Shown: positions 40,797 to 51,462 of the stretch, one piece after another
Position numbering within the stretch: position 1 is the first letter of the stretch
How the letters are laid out: every line of letters begins with the position of its first letter
NCBI GenBank assembly: GCA_964527765.1
Contig: CAZGQR010000001.1
Location: 25,961 to 89,960 of the forward strand
DNA length: 64,000 nucleotides
Reading direction: 5' to 3'
DNA from: an uncultured Planctomycetia bacterium
Lineage (GTDB): Bacteria; Omnitrophota; Gorgyraeia; Tantalellales; Tantalellaceae
Notes under the pieces: model-generated
Told to the model about the DNA's origin: nothing
Database searches by the model: none
What the model saw: the letters and a program-made list of their open reading frames with translations, nothing else
Program-made: the position numbers and the translations under genes

Positions 40797-41422
40797 AAGA
40801 ATGGATTGTTCCGTCTTTCATGCCCTATTGTCGTTTCCGGGCCGTGGCCGGGGAATACCCTTACTGAATCCGGAAGTACCAACAGTTTCTCCCTGATGGT
40901 CCTTATAAGGGTCTGGTGGTCGCCCCCCGGTAGGTCCGTCCGGCCGATCCCCTCGAGGAAAAGAACGTCCCCGCTGAAAAGCATATTCCCGCATCTTGCC
41001 GAGATACTGCCCGGGGTGTGTCCCGGCGTATGGATGATCTCCAGCTCAAGATCGCCCAGACGGAGAATATCCCCGTCAGCCAAAAATTTCTCTGCCCGGG
41101 TCGGCTCCATGTCCCCGCCGCCAAGGAAAAACAAGCCTTTAGCCGGGTCCTGCAGGCAGGGGCCGTCAAGTTCATGGATCAATATCGGGAAGCCGAAAGC
41201 GGCATCGCCCATCACATGATCACCGTGTCCGTGCGTGTTCAATGTACAGATCACGTCAATGCCGTTATCCTGCGTGTGCTCTGTTATCCGGGGATCATAC
41301 GCGCCGGGATCGATCAGTATCCCTTTCCGCGAACGTTCTTCGTAAATAAGATAGCAGTTCGTGTCGAGCGGGCCCATCACAAATTTTCTGACGGTAAGCT
41401 CGTTAGTCATTTCTAAAATCAC
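40793..41422 (-). CDS. MBL-fold metallo-hydrolase (glyoxalase II-like)
   Basis: 209 aa with the motifs HGHGDH and HTPGHTPGS. Confidence 0.75.
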   Translation of the reverse strand: MILEMTNELTVRKFVMGPLDTNCYLIYEERSRKGILIDPGAYDPRITEHTQDNGIDVICTLNTHGHGDHVMGDAAFGFPILIHELDGPCLQDPAKGLFFLGGGDMEPTRAEKFLADGDILRLGDLELEIIHTPGHTPGSISARCGNMLFSGDVLFLEGIGRTDLPGGDHQTLIRTIREKLLVLPDSVRVFPGHGPETTIGHERRNNPFL

Positions 41423-41909
41423 TTCTTATAGATCCCCGCACCTTGTTATATGAGAACTTGCTCTTGACCTCTCGCCCCAAGGATTCCAGTTTCCTTCTTA
41501 TCCTGACTTCATTACCCGAAGTGATCTTCTCTTCCTTCAGGGTCGTCTTGATCTCCGTCATCTCGTCCACGCATTTTTGCATCTCATCGGCCTTGTCATC
41601 CACAAGCATCCTCTGCATGTCCATCAGATTCGAAAGTTCCTGTTCAGCCGCAGTGACCTTCTTTTTATTATTATCGTCCCGGAGCACGTCCAGGAGTTCC
41701 CTGTGCCAGCTCTTCCAGAAAACATACCTTTTGGTATAAAGCTCCAGGCTGGGATGCACGTCATATCCCCTTACCGGCTGATAGCGTTTCGCCGGTATCT
41801 TTTCCTCCTTGGATTTTCTGACAAATTTATCCTTCAGCTGCGCGCAACCGGAAATTGCGAACACCAGGACCGAAATAATGATCAAAATACGAATATTGCT
41901 GTTCTTCAT
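41403..41909 (-). CDS. Hypothetical lipoprotein
   Basis: 168 aa with a signal peptide and lipobox (LVFAISGCAQ), followed by a coiled-coil-like charged region. Confidence 0.45.
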   Translation of the reverse strand: MKNSNIRILIIISVLVFAISGCAQLKDKFVRKSKEEKIPAKRYQPVRGYDVHPSLELYTKRYVFWKSWHRELLDVLRDDNNKKKVTAAEQELSNLMDMQRMLVDDKADEMQKCVDEMTEIKTTLKEEKITSGNEVRIRRKLESLGREVKSKFSYNKVRGSIRSDFRND

Positions 41910-41968
41910 ACTTCCTCTCTTCTTCAGTTATAAACCGTAAGACATGCGGTTTTGTTTTCCGTTTCCTG

Positions 41969-42694
41969 TCATCTGCCTACCAATATCCTTTCCGCCAGCA
42001 TCACGGGAAGGCCCGCTTCGATAATGCTGTCATGCGCAGACCTTACGTCATACTCCACCCTGTGAAACTCCACTTCCTTTTTTTCGGAATCATAAACGCA
42101 ATAACACGCGCGGCTATCATTGTCCCGCGGCTGACCTATGCTTCCCACGTTTATTATGTACCTGGAACCGTCTTCGATCTTCACTTTTTTTTCGTGCGAC
42201 CGGAACAATTTGCCGCCGGCGGATATGAACACATCCGGAACATGGGAATGCCCCACAAAACATATATTTGTCTTCAAAATTTCAAGGGTGCGCATGGCAT
42301 CCGTCCAGTCCATCATGTAATTGAACTCTTCCGGGTCATGCAATGTCCCGTGAACTACGGTAAAAAGTTTTTCCTCAAGCACAAGAGGCAACCCTTGCAG
42401 ATAATCCAGGGCCGATTGACCGATGTTCTCCTTTGTCCACAAAACCGCATCCCTGGCATGTGCGTTAAAATAAGAGATATCGGTCCTGTCGATCACGGCG
42501 GCATCGTGATTGCCAAGGATATTCACCGCTTTGAGGGACTGGACCATCTCTATGCACTCGTTGGGGTTAGCCCCGTAGCCCACGACATCTCCGGCGCTTA
42601 TTATGGGAATACCCTTTTCTTTCGGGAAAGACTTGATTGCGGCTTCAAAGGCTTGGAGATTGCTGTGAATATCCGAAAGTATTATATATTTCAT
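41969..42694 (-). CDS. Metallophosphoesterase (calcineurin-like)
   Basis: ORF track 41969..42778, but its N-terminal extension overlaps tRNA-Pro. The real start is MKYIILSDIHSN at 42694, and the GDVVGYG...GNHD motifs are present. Confidence 0.7.
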   Translation of the reverse strand: MKYIILSDIHSNLQAFEAAIKSFPKEKGIPIISAGDVVGYGANPNECIEMVQSLKAVNILGNHDAAVIDRTDISYFNAHARDAVLWTKENIGQSALDYLQGLPLVLEEKLFTVVHGTLHDPEEFNYMMDWTDAMRTLEILKTNICFVGHSHVPDVFISAGGKLFRSHEKKVKIEDGSRYIINVGSIGQPRDNDSRACYCVYDSEKKEVEFHRVEYDVRSAHDSIIEAGLPVMLAERILVGR

Positions 42695-42741
42695 GTCGGG
42701 ACTTCTGCGTGATGAGACATCGTTTTTTGCACAGAAAGATC

Positions 42742-42819
42742 TGGTCGGGGCGCTGGGATTTGAACCCAGGACCTCCACGTCCCGAACGTGGCGCGCTAGC
42801 CAGACTGCGCTACGCCCCG
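42742..42819 (-). tRNA. tRNA-Pro (anticodon CGG)
   Basis: Minus-strand 78-nt cloverleaf CGGGGCG-TA-GCGC-AGTCTGGCTA-GCGC-G-CCACG-TTCGGGA-CGTGG-AGGTC-CTGGG-TTCAAAT-CCCAG-CGCCCCG-A-CCA. Confidence 0.85.
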
Positions 42820-42878
42820 ATGCGCTATATTATCATCATAGTAACAGAGCGTCAATATTAAACATGTACGCATCGGCG

Positions 42879-43223
42879 TTATTTTATCCTCTCAAGCCGA
42901 TCCTTTTGCAAAAAGAATTCAGGGTCTTCCAATATCGGTTCATAATCCTTAGGCAGCGGTATGGGAAATGTCGCGATCTCATAAACCCCCACTACGGCCC
43001 TTTTCACGATGTTTACCGCCCCCTTCAGAACGCCCCAGGTCAGGCCGGCAAATACCCCCTTTTCAGCCTTCGTGTCCCCCATGCACTTGGTAAGCTCGAA
43101 CGGAGAAGTTACCACGTTCGCCGCGCCTCTGCCAAGCTTTTTTACGGGCCCGTTCGCATGAACCGCCAACGTAAAGGAAAAAAATAGTCCCATAACGAGA
43201 AGAACAACGACAAGATTTTTCAT
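42879..43223 (-). CDS. Small secreted protein resembling the exosortase-system-associated TIGR04073 family
   Basis: 114 aa with a signal peptide. KKLGRGAANV...GLTWGVLKGAVNIVKRAVVGVYEIATFPIPLPKDYEPIL matches my recollection of that family's motifs. Confidence 0.45.
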   Translation of the reverse strand: MKNLVVVLLVMGLFFSFTLAVHANGPVKKLGRGAANVVTSPFELTKCMGDTKAEKGVFAGLTWGVLKGAVNIVKRAVVGVYEIATFPIPLPKDYEPILEDPEFFLQKDRLERIK

Positions 43224-43258
43224 GCTCCCCCTTTCATTGAACCCGAAGCCCGTACCTC

Positions 43259-43885
43259 TTACATAAACCCCTTTTCAGCAAGCATATCCATGGTAACGGA
43301 CCCCTTTTGGCCGTTTTTACCGGCGTATTTCGCCATCATATCGAATTCCACGTTCACATGATCTCCGGGCCTTTTTGATTTCAGCGTGGTATTGTCAAGG
43401 GTGTGCGGTATCAAAAATATCCTGAAAAAACCGCGGTACAATTCTCCCACGGTAAGACTCACTCCGTCCACGGCTACCGAACATCTGGCAACAAGGTATT
43501 TCTCGTCGCCGGGAAGAATGCCGACATCGAGGACCCATCCTCCGGATGCTTCCCTGCTGCCCTTCACGACACGTTCGCCGTCAACATGGCCCGATACCAT
43601 ATGCCCGCTTAAAGTATCGCCGAGCTTCAACGGACTTTCAAGGTTCACTGCATCCCCGGCTTTCAGTCTCTTTAGAACGGTCTTATCCAGGGTATTCCCT
43701 ACCACATCAAAAAAGAGGTTTTCCTTCCTATCCACAATGCTCAGGCACACACCGTTAACCGCAACGCTGTCACCCGGATCAAGGCCTTCGCCGGTCTTCA
43801 CGCACGTTATCTCCAGACGCGCGGAATACCCCTTCCGGATAACACTCTTAACTTTTCCGACTTCGGTGATTATTCCCGTGAACAT
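43259..43885 (-). CDS. ribE: Riboflavin synthase (alpha subunit)
   Basis: 208 aa starting MFTGIITEVGKV, with two lumazine-binding repeats. Confidence 0.9.
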   Translation of the reverse strand: MFTGIITEVGKVKSVIRKGYSARLEITCVKTGEGLDPGDSVAVNGVCLSIVDRKENLFFDVVGNTLDKTVLKRLKAGDAVNLESPLKLGDTLSGHMVSGHVDGERVVKGSREASGGWVLDVGILPGDEKYLVARCSVAVDGVSLTVGELYRGFFRIFLIPHTLDNTTLKSKRPGDHVNVEFDMMAKYAGKNGQKGSVTMDMLAEKGFM

Positions 43886-44973
43886 GCCAATCCCCTTATG
43901 TATATATCCCCGCCGAATTCCTTTACTTCCACATCTCGCAATTCCAGCGCTTCCGCTATGCTTTTCGCTCCGCTGCCTTTAACGGAAGAACGGCTGCCCC
44001 CTATTATTTTTGGAGAAATAAAGAACATGGCCTCATCCACCAGGGACTCATCTATCAGGCTCCCGACCAGTTCACCGCCGCCTTCGACCAGGACATTCAC
44101 CATGCCTTTTCGGGCCAGCTCGCGCAAAAAAGGCTTCATGGAGACTCTTCCTTTTTTGCTCCTGGTGACCGTCACTTCCACGCCCCTGAGGCGCCTGAAT
44201 CTTTCCACTCTGGACTTCGGGGCGAGTTCCGTGGTCCCGATGAGAACCGGGGCCTTGTCCGCGGTCTTGATGATATTTGAAACAGCCGGCGTCCTTAGGC
44301 GGGTGTCCACTATTACGCGGACCACATCATACCCCCGTTTCTTCTCGTCAAGAAGGAACGGATCGTCCATACGGGCGGTATTGCTTCCCACGATAATGGC
44401 GTCAAAATCAGAACGGATCCCCCTGGTATATTTGCGCGAAACATCGGAAGATATCCATTTTGATGTTCCGTCCCGCGCGGCGATCTTTCCGTCGACCGAT
44501 TGAGCCAGCTTCACGGTCACGTACGGAAGTCCCGTAGTGATGAATTTTATATATTTCCTGTTCAGCGCAGCCGCTTCTTCAGCGCACAAACCCAGATTTA
44601 CCGTAATTCCGGCATTTTTTAATTTCCTGATACCGCGGCCGCTGTTGATCGGATTGGGGTCTTCGATCGCGACATTGACCGTTTTTATACCGCTATCAAT
44701 GATCGCCTGCGTGCAGGGCGGGGTCTTTCCGTGATGATCGCACGGTTCAAGCGTCACGAACATCGTCCCGCCGGAACACGCGCCGCGGGCACTGTTGATC
44801 GCCCTGACCTCGGCGTGGTCTTCACCGGCCTTCCGGTGATATCCGCTCCCGGTGACCCTGCCGCCAGTGACTATAACGGCGCCCACCATCGGATTGGGAT
44901 AGGTCTTATCCCTTGCCTTTGCAGCCAGTTCCAGCGCCAGTTCCATGTATTTTCTTTCGGCCGACTTATTCAT
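43870..44973 (-). CDS. ribD: Bifunctional diaminohydroxyphosphoribosylaminopyrimidine deaminase / 5-amino-6-(5-phosphoribosylamino)uracil reductase
   Basis: 367 aa with an N-terminal CMP/dCMP deaminase zinc motif (HAEV...PCDHHGKTPPC) and a C-terminal RibD reductase domain. Confidence 0.9.
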   Translation of the reverse strand: MNKSAERKYMELALELAAKARDKTYPNPMVGAVIVTGGRVTGSGYHRKAGEDHAEVRAINSARGACSGGTMFVTLEPCDHHGKTPPCTQAIIDSGIKTVNVAIEDPNPINSGRGIRKLKNAGITVNLGLCAEEAAALNRKYIKFITTGLPYVTVKLAQSVDGKIAARDGTSKWISSDVSRKYTRGIRSDFDAIIVGSNTARMDDPFLLDEKKRGYDVVRVIVDTRLRTPAVSNIIKTADKAPVLIGTTELAPKSRVERFRRLRGVEVTVTRSKKGRVSMKPFLRELARKGMVNVLVEGGGELVGSLIDESLVDEAMFFISPKIIGGSRSSVKGSGAKSIAEALELRDVEVKEFGGDIYIRGLACSRE

Positions 44974-44976
44974 GAT

Positions 44977-45837
44977 CTATGTCTTCCGGTTACTTCTTTG
45001 GATCTTTTCCGCTTCCGCGCGCAAATTCTCCACAACCTCGTAGCCGACCTTGACCTTGCCGATCAAGACCCTTCCCTTCTTCATGCCATGACAATCCGAT
45101 CCGCCGGTCACAAGTAAATTATATTTCCTCGCAATGGCAAGATATTTGTCGTTCGTCGACGTGTGGTGTTCGGAATGATAGACCTCAATGCCCCTCAATC
45201 CCGCCTGCACGTAAAAAGGGATGTACTCGTCCTTGCCCATGGTCCCGGGGTGCGCCAGAACCGGTACGCCTCCGGCCTTTTTGATTATGTCTATGGCCTT
45301 TCCGTAATCCAGGCGTTTATGCGCCACGTGGCAGGGCTTTCCATTTCCTATATACCTGTCAAATGCTTCCTGTTCATCCCTTGTTATGTTTTCTTCTGCC
45401 ATCACACGGGCAAGGTGAAGACGCCCGGCCGTACCTTCGGAAACTACCGCAAAGACCCTGTCCGCGTCCAGGTCTATCCCCTGGCGATGCAGCAGGTGTA
45501 TCATCTTTTTCATCCTCTCGGTCCTGTTTTCCCGCATTTTCCTGAATATCTCCAGAAGAAAGGGATCCTGCCAGCCGATAAAATATCCCAGGATATGTAT
45601 TTCGGTCTCGTCTTTTGCGGCTGAGATCTCGACTCCCGGGATGACCTCCAGCCCGGTCCCCCTGGCAGCCTCCATGGTCGGACCAATGCCGTCCACACAG
45701 TCGTGGTCCGTTACCGCGATAGCTTTCAGCCCCATTTCGACGGCTTTCTCCACCACCTTCTCGGGGGTAAACGTCCCGTCCGAATAAGTGGTGTGTACAT
45801 GCAAATCGACAAAACCGTTATCCCTGCTATTCTTCAT
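44977..45837 (-). CDS. PHP-domain phosphoesterase (histidinol-phosphatase-like)
   Basis: ORF track 44977..45903. The likely start is [21 protein letters not shown], and the DHD / His-rich motifs are present. Confidence 0.7.
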   Translation of the reverse strand: MKNSRDNGFVDLHVHTTYSDGTFTPEKVVEKAVEMGLKAIAVTDHDCVDGIGPTMEAARGTGLEVIPGVEISAAKDETEIHILGYFIGWQDPFLLEIFRKMRENRTERMKKMIHLLHRQGIDLDADRVFAVVSEGTAGRLHLARVMAEENITRDEQEAFDRYIGNGKPCHVAHKRLDYGKAIDIIKKAGGVPVLAHPGTMGKDEYIPFYVQAGLRGIEVYHSEHHTSTNDKYLAIARKYNLLVTGGSDCHGMKKGRVLIGKVKVGYEVVENLRAEAEKIQRSNRKT

Positions 45838-46282
45838 GTTGGATCTCTCGCTGGCCGGCCGGGGGATCCGAGCCGCCTTTTTCGGATTTGTTGATCTTGT
45901 CAAGTACCCCGTTCACGAACTTCCCCGAATCCTTATCCCCGTATTTTTTTGCCAGCTCTATTGCCTCGTTGATGGCAACTTTGGGCGGAATATCCTCGAC
46001 AAATAAAAGCTCGAACGAGGCTATCCTCAGGATATTCCTGTCTATCGTGGCCATTCGTTCAAGTTCCCAGTTCGCGGTGTATTTACCGATCACCCTGTCC
46101 ACTTCGTCGCGGTTGGCGCTAACGCCGGAAACAAGGAAATCCGAAAATTCCTTGACGGCCTCATCAGCGATCTCGCTGTTTTCCCAGAATTTTCGGTAAC
46201 ATTCCCTGGCGGGTTCCTTGGTAATATCGTTGGCGTAAAGGATCTTCAGCGCCACTTCGCGCGAAAGAGTGCGTTTCCTCAT
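45827..46282 (-). CDS. nusB: Transcription antitermination factor NusB
   Basis: 151 aa: [13 protein letters not shown]...[11 protein letters not shown], embedded in the rib operon as in many bacteria. Confidence 0.85.
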   Translation of the reverse strand: MRKRTLSREVALKILYANDITKEPARECYRKFWENSEIADEAVKEFSDFLVSGVSANRDEVDRVIGKYTANWELERMATIDRNILRIASFELLFVEDIPPKVAINEAIELAKKYGDKDSGKFVNGVLDKINKSEKGGSDPPAGQREIQHEE

Positions 46283-46298
46283 CCTGTCTCGCCTTTCT

Positions 46299-46772
46299 TT
46301 ATTTTATTGCCGAATACAGATTGCTCATCTCGATGGCGGTCATCGCGGCTTCTCTTCCCTTATTGCCGCTTTTCGTACCGGCCCTGTCCACCGCCTGCTC
46401 AAGATTATCCGTGGTTATTATGCCGAACACGCAGGGGATGTCGCTCTCCATCGCGACTTTCGCTACCCCTTTGGCCGCCTCAGACGCGATGAACTCAAAG
46501 TGGGGAGTCTCTCCCCTTATGATCGCCCCCAGACAGATCACGGCATCGTACTTCCCGGATCCCGCCATTCTTTTGGCGACAATGGGTGTCTCGAACGAAC
46601 CGGGCACCCACGCAACGGAGATATCCTTTTCTTTTACACCGTGCTTCGAGAGAGTGTCGAGTGCTCCTTCAAGAAGTTTCGACGAGATGAACTCGTTGAA
46701 CCGAGATACCACTATCCCGAACTTCTTGTCCTTTGCTATCATGCTGCCCTTGATGATCTTTGAATTTGTCAT
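46299..46772 (-). CDS. ribH: 6,7-dimethyl-8-ribityllumazine synthase
   Basis: ORF track 46299..46796. The likely start is [29 protein letters not shown]. Confidence 0.9.
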   Translation of the reverse strand: MTNSKIIKGSMIAKDKKFGIVVSRFNEFISSKLLEGALDTLSKHGVKEKDISVAWVPGSFETPIVAKRMAGSGKYDAVICLGAIIRGETPHFEFIASEAAKGVAKVAMESDIPCVFGIITTDNLEQAVDRAGTKSGNKGREAAMTAIEMSNLYSAIK

Positions 46773-46784
46773 TTCTACCTCCTT

Positions 46785-47030
46785 AAATGAGCACATGACT
46801 TACGCGACTGAAAAGAGCGTAAGTTATAGGTGCGAATTTATCCCGAGCTCGCTACAAGCGAGCGAGGGGTCCAAATGAGCACATGACTTACGCGACTGAA
46901 AAGAGCGTAAGTTATAGGTGCGAATTTATCCCGAGCTCGCTACAAGCGAGCGAGGGGTCCAAATGAGCACATGACTTACGTGACTGTACGAAGCGTAAGT
47001 CATACGTGCGAATTTACATCTTACCCGTAA
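46785..47030. repeat. Tandem 88-bp palindromic repeat units (two perfect copies plus a diverged partial third) between ribBA and ribH
   Basis: The unit is AAATGAGCACATGACTTACGCGACTGAAAAGAGCGTAAGTTATAGGTGCGAATTTATCCCGAGCTCGCTACAAGCGAGCGAGGGGTCC, at 46785-46872 and 46873-46960. Each contains two hairpins (ACTTACGC/GCGTAAGT and CTCGCT/AGCGAG). Confidence 0.9.
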
Positions 47031-47062
47031 CCGCGAAGGTTTAAGGGCAAGATGCCAAAATT

Positions 47063-48262
47063 TTAAACATTCCGCAATTTATGGCCTAAACGGCGCTTCT
47101 TTACCTGTAAATAATCTTTATTTCTGGCTCCCGGCTTTATCTCCAGCGGCACTCTTTCCACAACCTGCAGGCCGTAGCCTTTCAACCCTATTATTTTCCT
47201 TGGATTATTGGTCAAAAGCCTGATCTTTTCAAGGCCGAGATCAGCCAGTATCTGGGCACCTATACCGTAATCTCTCAGATCCGGCTTAAAACCGAGCCTT
47301 TCATTGGCTTCCACCGTATCACACCCTTCGTCCTGCAATTGATACGCTCTTATCTTGTTAAAGATCCCTATCCCGCGACCTTCCTGGGAAAGATACAAGA
47401 GTACCCCTTTCCCCTCATCGGAGATTATCCGCATCGCTTTTTCAAGCTGTCCTCCGCAATCACATCTGAGCGAATGGAACACATCTCCGGTCAGGCATTG
47501 CGAATGGACCCTGACCAGCGCCTCTCCTTTCGTGATGTCCCCTTTGACCAGAGCGAGATGCTGATAATTATCCACCATCGACTTGTAGGCATGCAGACGG
47601 AATTCTCCAAAAGGTGTGGGAAGATCCGTTTCCGCGATCTTCTCTATGAGCTTTTCTTTCTCTCTGCGGTATTTTATGAGACTCTCAATGGTGCATATCT
47701 TCAGTTTATGGTTGCTTGCAAAGTTCAACAGGTCCGGCATCCTCGCCATCGTGCCGTCTTCGTTCATGATCTCGCATATCACTCCTACCGGCTCCTCCCC
47801 CGCAAGCTTCATAAGATCGACACTCGCTTCGGTATGTCCGGCCCGGACAAGAACGCCGCCCTTCTTGGATCTGAGCGGAAAAACATGTCCGGGTCTCGTG
47901 AAATCTTCCGCAACCGATTTCGGGTCCGCGAGAAGTTTTATGGTGCGGGCGCGGTCATGCGCGGATATCCCTGTGGTTACGCCTCCGGCGGCATCAACAG
48001 ACACCGCCCAGGCCGTCTTATAAGGATCCTGCGGCTCTTCCGACATAAGATGAAGCCCCAGCCTCTCGGCTATATCATCCTCCATGGGGACACAGATAAG
48101 CCCTCTACCGTACTTCGCCATGAAATTGATATTTTCTGCCGTGATACGCGGCGCGGAAGCTATAAGGTCGCCTTCATTCTCTCTCGAGGGATCGTCAACA
48201 ACCACGACCATCCGGCCTTTTTGGATGTCCCCGATCACTTCTTCTATAGTGTTCAGCTTCAC
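47063..48262 (-). CDS. ribBA: Bifunctional 3,4-dihydroxy-2-butanone-4-phosphate synthase / GTP cyclohydrolase II
   Basis: 399 aa with GTG start. It has an N-terminal DHBP synthase region (ENEGDLI) and a C-terminal GTP cyclohydrolase II (CDCG...EGRGIG). Confidence 0.9.
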   Translation of the reverse strand: MKLNTIEEVIGDIQKGRMVVVVDDPSRENEGDLIASAPRITAENINFMAKYGRGLICVPMEDDIAERLGLHLMSEEPQDPYKTAWAVSVDAAGGVTTGISAHDRARTIKLLADPKSVAEDFTRPGHVFPLRSKKGGVLVRAGHTEASVDLMKLAGEEPVGVICEIMNEDGTMARMPDLLNFASNHKLKICTIESLIKYRREKEKLIEKIAETDLPTPFGEFRLHAYKSMVDNYQHLALVKGDITKGEALVRVHSQCLTGDVFHSLRCDCGGQLEKAMRIISDEGKGVLLYLSQEGRGIGIFNKIRAYQLQDEGCDTVEANERLGFKPDLRDYGIGAQILADLGLEKIRLLTNNPRKIIGLKGYGLQVVERVPLEIKPGARNKDYLQVKKRRLGHKLRNV

Positions 48263-48289
48263 GCCTGCCTCTCTTGCGGTTCCAGCATA

Positions 48290-48326
48290 TACAAAAAAAG
48301 CCCTGAAATAACTTCAGGGCTTTTTA
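48290..48326 (-). terminator. Intrinsic terminator / attenuator hairpin (GCCCTGAAG-TTATT-TCAGGGC + U-run), the expression platform of the FMN riboswitch
   Basis: A perfect 9-bp stem followed by TTTTTTT on the minus strand, between the riboswitch aptamer and the ribBA RBS. Confidence 0.65.
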
Positions 48327-48334
48327 CTGTATAA

Positions 48335-48511
48335 AACCAGTTTTCCCGACTTCTTTCATCCCGGCTTTACGGTCGGTATTCGATTCTCACGAATTCGGAC
48401 CCCGTCTATCGGGGTTTCGCGGACTTTTCCTCGCTTGCGCGGAGAAATCACCGCCGACTAAGGAATTTCCTGCCGCATCCCTGCGGGGGCAGGATCACCT
48501 TACCCTGAAGT
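48335..48511 (-). promoter_or_regulatory. FMN riboswitch (RFN element) in the ribBA leader
   Basis: The minus-strand RNA contains conserved RFN blocks: GCGGCAGGAAATTCC, GTCGGCGGTGA, CCGCGCAAGCGAGG and ACCGACCGTAAAGCCGGGATGAAAGAAG. These match the GGGGCAGGGTGAAATTCCC / CCGGCGGTA / CCGACAGTGAAAGTCTGGATGGGAGAAG consensus. Confidence 0.75.
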
Positions 48512-48518
48512 TAGAATA

Positions 48519-48546
48519 ATTCTAACACACTTGACCTTTAAGTCAA
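48519..48546 (-). promoter_or_regulatory. Sigma-70-type promoter for the riboswitch/rib operon (TTGACT-N16-TAGAAT on minus strand)
   Basis: The -35 is at plus 48541-48546 and the -10 at 48519-48524, immediately upstream of the riboswitch aptamer. Confidence 0.45.
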
Positions 48547-48554
48547 GGTCTCAT

Positions 48555-50207
<1,653 letters not shown>

Positions 50208-50251
50208 TTATCTTATATCGATCTTTTCTTTTCCGTGTTTTGTCAAAAGGT

Positions 50252-50539
50252 TTACCCGACAATACCCAGGATATCCTCTTCTTTCAGCATTAGCAGATTT
50301 CTGTCATCCACCTTTAACTCTGTCCCGGAATATTTGCCGAAAAGCACTATGTCCCCTTCCTTTACTTCCAGGGGAACCTTTTTGCCTTCATCGGTGACCT
50401 TACCCTTACCGACAGCGACTATTTTAGCCTGCTGCGGCTTCTCTTTCGCGGTATCCGGTAATACTATCCCGCCTTTTGTCTTTTCTTCCGCCTCAAGAAC
50501 TTCGACAAGAACTCTGTCACCAAGTGGTCTTACTTTCAT
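50252..50539 (-). CDS. groES: Co-chaperonin GroES
   Basis: ORF track 50252..50554. The likely start is [13 protein letters not shown]. Confidence 0.95.
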   Translation of the reverse strand: MKVRPLGDRVLVEVLEAEEKTKGGIVLPDTAKEKPQQAKIVAVGKGKVTDEGKKVPLEVKEGDIVLFGKYSGTELKVDDRNLLMLKEEDILGIVG

Positions 50540-50585
50540 AACTCTCTCCTCCATTTTAGGTTACTGCTTTCCCTCTTTTGCAAAA

Positions 50586-50612
50586 TTAGCACTCACCGCA
50601 TTAGAGTGCTAA
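50586..50612. promoter_or_regulatory. CIRCE element (HrcA operator) TTAGCACTC-N9-GAGTGCTAA
   Basis: A perfect match to the CIRCE consensus, about 47 nt upstream of the groES start. Confidence 0.85.
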
Positions 50613-50622
50613 CGGGTAAACC

Positions 50623-50650
50623 ATTATAGAAAATTTTCCCGTATTGTCAA
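50623..50650 (-). promoter_or_regulatory. Consensus sigma-70 promoter for groESL (TTGACA-N16-TATAAT on minus strand)
   Basis: The -35 TTGACA is at plus 50645-50650 and the -10 TATAAT at 50623-50628, with the CIRCE element directly downstream. Confidence 0.6.
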
Positions 50651-50698
50651 GAATTTTTTAAAAAAATACGGGTCCGGGGCAAATACGCCTTTTACCGC

Positions 50699-51442
50699 TT
50701 ATCTGTCCGAAAGGCAGCACAACCCGGTAAACACCAGGTCGGGGTGAACTGTTTTTATGCGGCGGGAATATCTCGCGACAAGCCCGGCATCACCGCCGGT
50801 CGCCACGACTTTGAATTTTTTTCCGTATTTTTCCCTGAACATCCGGATAAGGCCATCGCACATGGCGGCATAACCAAAAAGTATCCCTTTATTCATGCTG
50901 CCCCTCGTGTCCCGGCCTATAAGGCCCTTTGTGGTTTTGATCCTGACCTTCGGAAGTAACGCGGTATTTCGGACAAGCGACTCTAATCCCAGCCGGAGAC
51001 CGGGAAATATCAATCCTCCCTCATATTCCCCTTTGCTATTAACAAAATCAAACGTGACCGCTGTCCCGAAATCCACGACGAGCACGGGCGCGCCGTATGT
51101 CCGCAACGCGCCGAAAGAGGTCACCAGACGGTCCTGTCCTACTTCGCGCGGCTTTTTATATCTTACCTTCATGGGGACCCTGACCCCTTCACCGATGACA
51201 AGAAGCGGGACCCCACGGGCAACTGACCTCAGGCTTTTTTTCATCATGGAACAGAATTTCGGGACAACGCTGACCATGATGATCCTGTCGATCCCGCGCA
51301 GATCCGGCCCGAGAAGCCGTCTGAGCGACCCCGGCTTGACCCGGTCCTTATCGGTATGAATAAAATACTTCTTCCGGACTTTATCCCCCCGGGCGACCGC
51401 AATAGAAGTATTAGTATTTCCTATATCGACCAGTAGTTTCAT
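50699..51442 (-). CDS. coaX: Type III pantothenate kinase
   Basis: ORF track 50699..51472. The likely start is MKLLVDIGNTNTSIAV, the CoaX N-terminal motif. Confidence 0.85.
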   Translation of the reverse strand: MKLLVDIGNTNTSIAVARGDKVRKKYFIHTDKDRVKPGSLRRLLGPDLRGIDRIIMVSVVPKFCSMMKKSLRSVARGVPLLVIGEGVRVPMKVRYKKPREVGQDRLVTSFGALRTYGAPVLVVDFGTAVTFDFVNSKGEYEGGLIFPGLRLGLESLVRNTALLPKVRIKTTKGLIGRDTRGSMNKGILFGYAAMCDGLIRMFREKYGKKFKVVATGGDAGLVARYSRRIKTVHPDLVFTGLCCLSDR

Positions 51443-51462
51443 GTCCAAATCGATCCCTCGGC

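Noticed and set aside
42694-42778. ORF-track N-terminal extension of the metallophosphoesterase (MEVLGSNPSAPTRSF...)
   Set aside because: The extension reads straight through tRNA-Pro (42742..42819) on the same strand. The real start is the internal MKYIILSDIHSN.
46785-47030. Possibility that the 88-bp repeats, or the 24-bp repeats at 33798..33886, form a CRISPR array
   Set aside because: The units are directly contiguous with no unique spacers of regular length, no cas genes are in the window, and the 88-bp unit is far longer than CRISPR repeats. They are tandem repeats, not CRISPR.
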